IMG/VR virus record: IMGVR_UViG_2643221578_000002
Span: 1-64,000 of that record
Reading direction: 5' to 3' (one strand)
From: a virus
Lineage: Duplodnaviria; Caudoviricetes
DNA: 64,000 nucleotides
Under the pieces are notes generated by a model that saw only the letters and a program-made list of their open reading frames with translations, did no database searches and was not told where the DNA came from. The position numbers and the translations under genes are program-made. How positions within the stretch are numbered: position 1 is the first letter of the stretch; each line of letters opens with the position of its first letter. Below, one piece after another: positions 46,442-54,334 of the stretch.

Positions 46442-48481
46442 GTGGCACTGCCCGTCGACCTCCCCACCGTGACTCTCATCGGCACCTACACCCACCCCGA
46501 CGGCAGCCCCATGAAAGGGTCCGTCAGCGTCACCCCCACCCCCGGTAAAGTCGTCTCCGCCGACACCGGGCTCACCATCCAAGGCCGGGCCAAAGCCAAG
46601 TTCGACGGCAACGGGCAGGTCACCCTCACCGTCCTCGCCACCGACGCCCCCGGCATCAACCCCGAGAACTTCACCTACGAGGTGACGATCGCGTTCCCTG
46701 ACGCGACCGGTGACAGCTTCTTCATCGAACTCCCCGCCGCAGCACCCGCCGTACAGCTCTCCGCCATCACCCCGGCCGCGCCAGCCAACGGCGACTACGT
46801 GGTCGTCACCGGACCCGAAGGGCCTGTCGGCCCGGCAGGTCCCGCAGGAGACGACGGCGCACCCGGAGAGCCTGGCCCGCCCGGAGCCGACGGCAGCAAC
46901 GCCGACGCCGAGCAGTACACCGACAACGTCCTCACCGCCGAGGTCCAGCGCGCGGACGCCGCCTACGACCCCGCCGGTTCCGCCACCGCAGCACAAACCG
47001 CAGCCATCAGCACCGCGAGCTCCGACGCCTCGACGAAGGCAGGCAACGCGCAGACCGCGGCCGTCAACGCCGCCGCCTCATCGGCTGCCACCCTGTACCT
47101 TCCGAACGCCATCCAGACCGTCGACGCGTACTTCGCCGGCGCCACCCCCTCCTCGCCGCGGTTCTTCGCGCACCGAGGCGGCGGCATGGTCCGGCCCGAG
47201 CACACGCTGGCCAGCTACCGGGCGTCCGCCGCCCAAGGATTCCCCCTTGAGGTATCCGTCAACGTCGACGCCTCCGGCGAGCTCTGGTGCATCCACGACA
47301 CGACGATGGACCGCACCACCAACCGCACCGGGAACGTCAACACGTTCACGACGGAGGAGATCAGCCAGCAGACGCTGACCGTCAGCAAGCCCATGCTCGG
47401 CGCAGGCTGGACCGAGCAGCCTCTTGTACCTCTCCGGCAGGTGCTCGACGAGTTCCTCGGCAAGGTGGTCATCTTCCTTGAAGCGAAAGGGAACGACGCG
47501 GTCGTTCCCACGCAGACGCTCCTGAGCACCTACTACCCGCACGCCCCGCGGAGCGTCGTCTGGAAAGCCCACATCGGCACCGCGTCGCTTCCATGGGCGA
47601 AGGACCCGACACGGAACTACCGCACCTGGGTATACCTGGACGACGCCACCGCCGACGCCGCGATCACCGCGAAAGACCAGTACATCGACTACCTCGGCGT
47701 CTCCACGACCATGGCCGACGCCAGAGTCGCCCAGATCGTCGCCCGCGGTAAGCCCGTCTTCTCCTGGCCCGTCTACCGGCGCAGCCAGGTCGCACGGCTG
47801 ACCGGGCTCGGAGTCGTCGGCATGATGTCGTCCGACCCCCGGTACGTATCCACCGCCCTCCCGCAGCGCACCGCGTCCCGGTGGGACCTCCAGGTCAAGG
47901 AGCCTGGCGGTACCCCGGGGCTCGACTACGACGCCACATACGCGCTGTCGTTCGCCCCGGCCCCTGATGTCGGCTGGGTCAGCATCAACGCCCTGCCCAA
48001 CCAGTCCTACGGGCTGGGAACCTACGCGCCGGCCCAGGGCAGTGCCGCCGGCTACCGGATCGCGTTCGACATGAAGTACAAAACGCTGCCTGCGGCGACG
48101 GTTCACGGCGGCTTCTACTTCGGGAAAGTCACCGACGACGGCTACCGGTTCAGCACGGCGAACGCGAGCGGCGGCTATCACGTGGTGATGCGGGCTTCCG
48201 GCGACATGCAGTTGTACCGGCACACCGCAGGGTCGACGACGGGAACCCAGATCGGGTCGACGATCACGACGACGGCGCCGATCGCTGACACGGCGATGAG
48301 TTTCCAGATCAACGTCACGCCGACGACGGTCGAACTGAAGCGCACCGATGGGGTCGGCTGGACCACGGGCCCGCTCGCTGACGCGACCTACCGGGGCGGC
48401 TACCTCGGCCTGTCCAACGGATCGGTCACCGACCTCGCCACCCGCCCCTACTGGCGGAACCTGATCATCACCCAGCTGTAG
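46442..48481 (+). CDS. fibre-like protein: N-terminal beta domain, collagen-like repeat, glycerophosphodiester phosphodiesterase domain, C-terminal beta-sandwich
   Basis: GGGAGG RBS; Gly-X-Y run GPEGPVGPAGPAGDDGAPGEPGPPGADG; FAHRGG..PEHT, IHD.TMDRTT, GVVGMMSSDP. Confidence 0.8.
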   Translation: MALPVDLPTVTLIGTYTHPDGSPMKGSVSVTPTPGKVVSADTGLTIQGRAKAKFDGNGQVTLTVLATDAPGINPENFTYEVTIAFPDATGDSFFIELPAAAPAVQLSAITPAAPANGDYVVVTGPEGPVGPAGPAGDDGAPGEPGPPGADGSNADAEQYTDNVLTAEVQRADAAYDPAGSATAAQTAAISTASSDASTKAGNAQTAAVNAAASSAATLYLPNAIQTVDAYFAGATPSSPRFFAHRGGGMVRPEHTLASYRASAAQGFPLEVSVNVDASGELWCIHDTTMDRTTNRTGNVNTFTTEEISQQTLTVSKPMLGAGWTEQPLVPLRQVLDEFLGKVVIFLEAKGNDAVVPTQTLLSTYYPHAPRSVVWKAHIGTASLPWAKDPTRNYRTWVYLDDATADAAITAKDQYIDYLGVSTTMADARVAQIVARGKPVFSWPVYRRSQVARLTGLGVVGMMSSDPRYVSTALPQRTASRWDLQVKEPGGTPGLDYDATYALSFAPAPDVGWVSINALPNQSYGLGTYAPAQGSAAGYRIAFDMKYKTLPAATVHGGFYFGKVTDDGYRFSTANASGGYHVVMRASGDMQLYRHTAGSTTGTQIGSTITTTAPIADTAMSFQINVTPTTVELKRTDGVGWTTGPLADATYRGGYLGLSNGSVTDLATRPYWRNLIITQL

Positions 48482-48494
48482 AAGGGCCCGCGCC

Positions 48495-49196
48495 ATGGCC
48501 GACGACCTGCTCGTCATCATCCCGACCCGAGGACGCCCCCAGGCCGTCATGGCGCTCGTCAGGGCGTGGCACGACACGGGGGCGACCGCGGACCTGCTGT
48601 TCGCCGTCGACAACGACGACCCGGAGCTCGACGCGTACAAGCGTGAGGCCGCGAAGCTGAAGAGCAGCCAGTTCCGGTTCGTGTACGGGAAGCGGCTGCG
48701 ACTCTGCGGCACCCTGAACCAGCAGGCGGTCAAGGCGGCCAAGCAGTACCGGTACCTCGCGTTCCTCGGCGACGACCACCGGCCGCGAACCGCCGGGTGG
48801 GATGAGCGCATTCGGATCTGCCTGTCCGGCGGGCCCGGTGTCGTGTACGGCAACGACCTCCTGATGGGGGAGCGGATGCCGACCGCGGTCGCCATGACCT
48901 CCGACATCGTGCGCACCCTCGGCTACTTCAGCCCGCCAACCCTGGTGCACCTGTGCCTGGACCTGTGCTGGCTGGAGTGGGGCCGAGGGATGGGCCGGAT
49001 CACCTACCTGGACGACATGGTGATCGAGCACCTACACCCTGCAGCGCAAAAGGCGGACCTCGATCAGGGCTACGAGGAGTGCAACAGCCCCGAGCAGGTG
49101 TCGGCCGACAGCGCCGCCTACTACGACTACCGGGACAACGGCGGGTTGGAAGCCGACCTGGCCAAGCTCCGGAAGCTCGTCGAGGAGGCATCGTGA
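48495..49196 (+). CDS. GT-A fold (GT2-like) glycosyltransferase
   Basis: VIIPTRGRP, VDNDD, FLGDDH (DxD-like), EHLHP. Confidence 0.8.
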   Translation: MADDLLVIIPTRGRPQAVMALVRAWHDTGATADLLFAVDNDDPELDAYKREAAKLKSSQFRFVYGKRLRLCGTLNQQAVKAAKQYRYLAFLGDDHRPRTAGWDERIRICLSGGPGVVYGNDLLMGERMPTAVAMTSDIVRTLGYFSPPTLVHLCLDLCWLEWGRGMGRITYLDDMVIEHLHPAAQKADLDQGYEECNSPEQVSADSAAYYDYRDNGGLEADLAKLRKLVEEAS

Positions 49197-49780
49197 CCGT
49201 CTACGACTACGACTGGGAGTTCCTGGAGGACGGCCGGACCATCGAGCCGATCTCCATCGGAATCGTCGCCAGCGACGGGCGCGAGTACTACGCCGTCAAT
49301 GCGCTCCTCGCTTCCCGATTCAAGGGCTGGAGCCTCCGCCGCCGCATCCGCAAGAACCAGTGGCTGCTGGAGAACGTCATCTCGCATCTGCCGCAGCCCC
49401 ATGGCGACTGGCGGCTCCACATGCCGAAGTCGTGGTTGTTCAACTACCACGACCCGGCCGTGAAGCCCATGTCGCGGATCGCCTCCGAGGTGAAGGCGTT
49501 CATCCTCGGCACGGATCCCGATGAACTTCCCGACGTTGAACTCTGGGCGAACTACGGGGCCTACGACCACGTCTGCCTCGCGCAGATGTGGGGTCGAATG
49601 ATCGACCTGCCCGAGGGCGTCCCGATGTTCACCAGCGACATTCAGCAGGAAGCTCGCCGCCAGGGGCTCTCCTGGAAGGACCTGCCGAAGCAGGAGTCCG
49701 GGGAGCACAACGCCCTCGCGGACGCCCGCCACAACCAAGTCGTTCGCCTCTGGCTCGCGAGCAGGCGGGAGGCATCGTGA
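49193..49780 (+). CDS. DEDDh 3'-5' exoribonuclease (Rv2179c-like)
   Basis: YDWEFLEDG..I..ISIG, GAYDHV, HNALADA. Confidence 0.85.
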   Translation: MTVYDYDWEFLEDGRTIEPISIGIVASDGREYYAVNALLASRFKGWSLRRRIRKNQWLLENVISHLPQPHGDWRLHMPKSWLFNYHDPAVKPMSRIASEVKAFILGTDPDELPDVELWANYGAYDHVCLAQMWGRMIDLPEGVPMFTSDIQQEARRQGLSWKDLPKQESGEHNALADARHNQVVRLWLASRREAS

Positions 49781-50376
49781 CCGCCGATGACGTCATCCGG
49801 GCGTGGGACCAGGCCGACCCCACCGCGATCCACCCCCTGCGGAACGTGTCCGAGGACGCCTACTGGGAGTCCGGAAAAGCCCAGGCCGCCATGCTCGCGT
49901 CGGTCATCCACGACGGGGCCAAGGTCCTCGACTTCGGGTGCGGCGACGGGCGCGTCGCCATCCCCATGGCCGCCCACGGGTTCGAGGTGACCGCCGTCGA
50001 CGCCTCCCAGAACATGCTCGACCGGCTCGCCGACCGCGACCCCGACGTGACCACCGTCCAGGCCGACGCCGACGGCATCGCCGCACACCTCGGCCGACGC
50101 CGCATGGACGCCGTCTACAGCCTTGCCGTCCTCATCCACCACAGCTACCAGGACTGCCTCCACATCATCAGCAAGCTCCGGGCGGCCGCAAAGCTCGGCG
50201 GGATCCTCGTCCTCGACTGGCCCGTCGGTGCCCAGCCGTCTGAGGCCGACTTGTGGATCGGTGTCACCACATGGTCCCCGCAGCAGCAAGCCGAAGCCTG
50301 CGCAGTCATTGGGCTGGAGCCCGTCGACAGCGACCTGCCATGGGGCGTCTACCGGGCAGTGAAGGCAGGCAGCTGA
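49777..50376 (+). CDS. class I SAM-dependent methyltransferase
   Basis: VLDFGCGDGR, AVDAS, DAVYS.AVLIH. Confidence 0.85.
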   Translation: MTADDVIRAWDQADPTAIHPLRNVSEDAYWESGKAQAAMLASVIHDGAKVLDFGCGDGRVAIPMAAHGFEVTAVDASQNMLDRLADRDPDVTTVQADADGIAAHLGRRRMDAVYSLAVLIHHSYQDCLHIISKLRAAAKLGGILVLDWPVGAQPSEADLWIGVTTWSPQQQAEACAVIGLEPVDSDLPWGVYRAVKAGS

Positions 50377-51245
50377 TGGACGTCCTTCTCACCGGCCACC
50401 GGGGCTTCATCGGCAGACACCTCCACAGGGCCCTCGAAGAACGCGGCCACGACGTCCAGGGCGTCGACTACGAACGTCACCACTCCGACGCCCTCGACTT
50501 CTTCCGCTACGACAACGGCCCCTGGGACCTTGCGATTCACTGTGCCGCGAACGTCGGCGGCCGGGCCAGCATCGACGGATCCCCGCTCGCCGTCGCCACC
50601 AACATGGCGTTGGACAGCTGGTACTTCCAGTGGCTCGTCCGCACCGGCACCCCGCGCGCCGTCTACTTCAGCTCGTCGGCGGCGTACCCCGTCGAGCTTC
50701 AGCAGCCCGGCGACATCCACCGGCTCGTCGAAGACGACATCGACCTCAACAACCCCGGCCTCCCCGACGCCAGCTACGGCCTCGCGAAGGTGACGGGGGA
50801 GCGGCTCGCCGCCTATGCCGAAGTCGAAGGGTGCCGCGTCCACGTGCTCCGCCCCTTCTCCGGCTACGGCGAGGACCAGGCGGACTGCTACCCGTTCCCC
50901 GCATTCATCGGCCGGGCCAAGCGCCGCGAAGATCCCTTCGAAGTCTGGGGCGACGGCAGCTCAACCCGCGACTGGATCCACGTAGACGACGTCGTCGGAG
51001 CCACCCTTGCCGCCATCGACCACGACGTCACCGGCCCGGTCAACCTCGGCTGGGGGCGCGCCACATCCTTCGACCAGCTCGCCGGCTACGTCACCGCTGC
51101 CGCCGGCTACAGCCCGCGCATCAAGCACCTGCCCGGCGCCCCGCAGGGGGTGCATCACCGGGTGTGCGACCCGACGCGGATGCTCGGCTTCTACCAGCCC
51201 ACGGTGACCCTGGAAGAGGGCATTCGGCGGGCACTCGACTCCTGA
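50376..51245 (+). CDS. NAD-dependent NDP-sugar epimerase/dehydratase (extended SDR)
   Basis: LTGHRGFIG, SSSAAY, YGLAK, RDWIHVDD. Confidence 0.9.
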   Translation: MDVLLTGHRGFIGRHLHRALEERGHDVQGVDYERHHSDALDFFRYDNGPWDLAIHCAANVGGRASIDGSPLAVATNMALDSWYFQWLVRTGTPRAVYFSSSAAYPVELQQPGDIHRLVEDDIDLNNPGLPDASYGLAKVTGERLAAYAEVEGCRVHVLRPFSGYGEDQADCYPFPAFIGRAKRREDPFEVWGDGSSTRDWIHVDDVVGATLAAIDHDVTGPVNLGWGRATSFDQLAGYVTAAAGYSPRIKHLPGAPQGVHHRVCDPTRMLGFYQPTVTLEEGIRRALDS

Positions 51246-51246
51246 C

Positions 51247-51432
51247 CTACGCGGCGGCGTGATCCCTATCCGCATGCTCGGACAGAAGCCGCTCGGCCAT
51301 CTCAAGCGAGGGCACCGGAACCGTGGCCCACTGCTGTTCGGTGGCATGCGGCTGGTCACAGAACCCCCGCCACGCGTCGCCCTCTTCTTCAAGCACGGAC
51401 GTCAGACGCTCAACCCTCATGCCAGTCTCCAT
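51247..51432 (-). CDS. small hypothetical protein
   Basis: convergent ORF filling the gap. Confidence 0.4.
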   Translation of the reverse strand: METGMRVERLTSVLEEEGDAWRGFCDQPHATEQQWATVPVPSLEMAERLLSEHADRDHAAA

Positions 51433-51455
51433 GGCCCGAGCATAGGAACCCCACC

Positions 51456-51643
51456 ATGGCTTCCCCGGACATCAGCGGATTGCGGACCTCGAACGCGAAC
51501 TCGGCATCGGGCAGCCCGAACCTGAGCCCGAGCGTGGCGTGTACCCGGACAAGCTCGTGTGCCTAATCAAGAACTGCGACGGCACCGACTACGAAATCCG
51601 CACCTGGACTGGGCTTCTCACGAGGCGCATCCACCAACACTGA
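51456..51643 (+). pseudogene. probable frameshifted small phage gene
   Basis: ATG GCT TCC CCG GAC then an alternative frame HQRIADLERELGIG...IHQH*; one added base at 51470 restores a 62-aa ORF. Confidence 0.35.
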
Positions 51644-51663
51644 ACCCTCGGAAGGCCCGCGCC

Positions 51664-52026
51664 ATGACTCGGTACTCCGCCACGATGCGCATGCGCCCCC
51701 CAGGGTTCGTCGAACGCCTCTGGTACTGGCGGCTCGGGATCCGCGCACCGCTGTCCGTCGGCACCACCCGCGACCTGTCGAGCGAGAAGTGGGTGCGACT
51801 CCTCCCGCAACGCTGGATTCGCCTCCACCGCGACTACGCCCGGAAGCACCACCTCTTCTGGCTGCCCTGCCTCCTCTGCACCGCCCACTACGGCGGCCAC
51901 CAGTCCGGCGGCAGCATCCCCGACCCCGAGTACGGCCCCGGCTCCGGGCGCAGCGTCGGCATCTGCCCCCGCTGCACACGCGCCGGACGCCACGTCGAAC
52001 CGTCCGAAGACGACCTGCACGACTGA
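51664..52026 (+). CDS. hypothetical protein with CxxC pairs
   Basis: GAAGG RBS; CLLC...CPRC. Confidence 0.6.
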   Translation: MTRYSATMRMRPPGFVERLWYWRLGIRAPLSVGTTRDLSSEKWVRLLPQRWIRLHRDYARKHHLFWLPCLLCTAHYGGHQSGGSIPDPEYGPGSGRSVGICPRCTRAGRHVEPSEDDLHD

Positions 52027-52045
52027 CCCTCACGGAGCCCGCGCC

Positions 52046-52219
52046 ATGGCCACCTACCTCATCACCTACGACGACGGCAGCAACCAGGAGCTCACCGTCG
52101 ACAGCATCGTGTACGACGGCGACCAGTACATCGCCCGCGCCAGCGGCCAGATTGCCGCCTACATTCGACCGCTCGACGTCCGCAGCATCATCCGGACTGA
52201 CCAGGCGGTGAGCAACTGA
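52046..52219 (+). CDS. 57-aa hypothetical protein (not in ORF track)
   Basis: MATYLITYDDGSNQELTVD...; GGAG RBS; TGATG overlap with next gene. Confidence 0.6.
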   Translation: MATYLITYDDGSNQELTVDSIVYDGDQYIARASGQIAAYIRPLDVRSIIRTDQAVSN

Positions 52220-52536
52220 TGGCCCGCTTGCAGATCCTCGAACTTCCCGAGGGCGCCGGAGACGACCGGCCGCCATTCGTACTCGTCATCGACCAGTACG
52301 AGCCCGTCGAAGCCACGCCCTCACGGCTCTTCCGTCACCAGGACATGGCCGAGCAGACCGGCGCCCGAGCCGTCCTCGTCTTCGAAGACACCATCGACAT
52401 CCCCGCCAACGACACCAGCGCCTACGCGCAGTCGACCGCCGCGCTCCACCTCGGCGACCACGAAGTACGCGGCGACATCACCGTCGACAACGCAGCCAAG
52501 ATCGTCGACTCACTCGACCCGAGCCGACATGGCTGA
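52219..52536 (+). CDS. phage hypothetical protein
   Basis: MARLQILELP...PFVLVIDQ; coupled. Confidence 0.7.
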   Translation: MARLQILELPEGAGDDRPPFVLVIDQYEPVEATPSRLFRHQDMAEQTGARAVLVFEDTIDIPANDTSAYAQSTAALHLGDHEVRGDITVDNAAKIVDSLDPSRHG

Positions 52537-52768
52537 CCAGCAGATCGGGCAACTCCTCGACACCCTCGGCGTCACCGCCGACCTCGACGACGAAGACCTC
52601 CCCGTCGACGCCCTCGTCCTCATCAAAATCGTGAAGCCCGACGGTGCGATCTCCTTCATCAAAGCCACCTCCGAATCCCTCGACTGGATCACCAGCCTCG
52701 GCATGCTCACCGCCGCCCTCCACATCGAGAACAACGGCTACGTCAACGTCGCCGACGAAGACGACTGA
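52529..52768 (+). CDS. hypothetical protein
   Basis: overlapping start; codon usage. Confidence 0.7.
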   Translation: MADQQIGQLLDTLGVTADLDDEDLPVDALVLIKIVKPDGAISFIKATSESLDWITSLGMLTAALHIENNGYVNVADEDD

Positions 52769-52778
52769 GGAGACGGGC

Positions 52779-53072
52779 ATGAGCGGAGGATGGGCCAACT
52801 CGGACCGCAAGAGCCGGCTACCCAGCGGGTGGGCCAAGATCCGGGCGCGCATCCTCGAACGGGACAGGATCTGCGTTCTGTGTGGCGTCAGGCCCAGCCA
52901 GTTCTGCGACCACATCATCGCCAAGGCCGACCTCAACGGAGACTCGGACCTCCAGGGCGTCTGTGGGCCATGTCATGATCAGAAAAGTGCACGTGAAGGG
53001 GCAGCCGCCGCCAAGGCCAAGGGCCGGCCCAGCCGCACCAGACCGCCCGAGCAACACCCCGGCCTCCTCTGA
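52779..53072 (+). CDS. packaging-associated HNH endonuclease
   Basis: W..IR..IL.RD..C.LC...CDHI...LQGVCGPCH..K; upstream of terminase. Confidence 0.85.
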   Translation: MSGGWANSDRKSRLPSGWAKIRARILERDRICVLCGVRPSQFCDHIIAKADLNGDSDLQGVCGPCHDQKSAREGAAAAKAKGRPSRTRPPEQHPGLL

Positions 53073-53085
53073 CAAGGCGGTGACC

Positions 53086-53289
53086 ATGCCCGCCTACCTC
53101 ATCCGGCACCCCGGCAAAACCAGCGACGACCTCCTCGTCGAAGACCCCGCCCTCACCCTCCACTTCGAACACGGGTGGGCCGTGTTCACCGACGCGGCCG
53201 GCGCCTGCCTCGCCATCCCGGCTGAGGCTGGCGCCCACATCGAGCGGGTAGACGAACCCCAAGACGAGCCCGCGCCGCAGAAGGAGTGA
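53086..53289 (+). CDS. hypothetical protein
   Basis: AAGGCGG RBS. Confidence 0.6.
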   Translation: MPAYLIRHPGKTSDDLLVEDPALTLHFEHGWAVFTDAAGACLAIPAEAGAHIERVDEPQDEPAPQKE

Positions 53290-53295
53290 TCCAAC

Positions 53296-53547
53296 GTGGC
53301 GAGTAAGGGACGAAGCGGTCGCGGACGGAGTCAACGAGGCAACGCCGAAACGCTGCGTCGGTTCTGGACCAGCGGAGCCGGTGCAAGCCGCATCCGATGG
53401 GGGACACCGGGTGACTGGACCAGGTGCAACCGGCAGCTGTCCCGCTACATGGGAGCCAGGGCCAAGGGCTACTGCCAGCTCATGCACCGACGGGCAACCG
53501 GGGCCTACACCGGCAGCAGGGCCAACGCCGGCCGACGGCGACGCTGA
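53296..53547 (+). CDS. small basic actinophage protein
   Basis: AAGGAG RBS; LRRFW..G.G...IRWGTPGDWTRC...GYC..MH. Confidence 0.75.
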   Translation: MASKGRSGRGRSQRGNAETLRRFWTSGAGASRIRWGTPGDWTRCNRQLSRYMGARAKGYCQLMHRRATGAYTGSRANAGRRRR

Positions 53548-53686
53548 CGCATCAGCATGCGAGACGACAGTCGATCACCCAGGACGGGCGGCGAGGCCGG
53601 GGCCCACACGGCCCCGGGGCTGCCAGGGCCGGGCTGGCCGGCCAGGGCAGGCAGTAGGGCGAGGTCGTGATGGTCATGTGTCAGGT

Positions 53687-53924
53687 GATCATGCGATTGG
53701 TGATCAAGGCTTAGTGATCAAGGATCAAGATCGAATCTGATTCGAAGATCATCAAATGAAGATCAAAAGCGAATCGATCAAGGAACCTGGAGCCTGCATC
53801 GATCGATGCGCAGACCAAATCTCATGATCCCGAAGAGGATCAGCCGGCCCGGGGGGTGACCCCCTCCCGACGATCTTCAGGGATCGGGGCCGTGTAGCAC
53901 CTCACTTTCTGCGTGCGCTTGATC
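53687..53924. other. putative packaging (cos/pac) region with 14 GATC sites
   Basis: AT-enriched non-coding stretch between HNH cluster and terS; GATC at 53687, 53702, 53716, 53723, 53729, 53747, 53761, 53776, 53801, 53826, 53838, 53872, 53882, 53921. Confidence 0.65.
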
Positions 53925-53974
53925 TGTATTTTTTCGGCCCCTGGTGGGCCGGCCGAGGCCCCAGGAGGGTCGCC

Positions 53975-54334
53975 ATGACAGCGAAGCATGATCCGCCTGC
54001 GGGTCTCGGTGACAAGGCCCTGGTGGTCTGGACCGAAATCTCCGAGGGCTACGACCTGCGCATTGACGAGCTCCGCGTGTTGGAGGACGCATGCCGGGAG
54101 ATCGATCTGATCGAGCGGCTTGAGGCCGACCTGCAGCACGCTGAACTGATCGTGACGGGAAGCATGGGGCAGCCCGTGGCCTCGCCACTGGTGCAGGAGC
54201 TCCGCCAGCATCGCGGCGTCCTGGCCCGGCTGCTGGGCTGGTTGAAGCTGCCGGACGAGGAAGCGCCAGCCGCCGGTGGTCGCTCGGCTTCGGCTCGCCA
54301 GGCCGCGATGACGCGGTGGGGTCGTGGCGCGTAG
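53975..54334 (+). CDS. terS: terminase small subunit
   Basis: PPAGL...W..I...L..AC...D...GSMGQ...PL..E; directly precedes terL. Confidence 0.85.
   Translation: MTAKHDPPAGLGDKALVVWTEISEGYDLRIDELRVLEDACREIDLIERLEADLQHAELIVTGSMGQPVASPLVQELRQHRGVLARLLGWLKLPDEEAPAAGGRSASARQAAMTRWGRGA

Noticed and set aside
53885-53896. Exact cos overhang CGGGGCCGTGTA
   Set aside because: Position is plausible but the cut site cannot be determined from sequence alone
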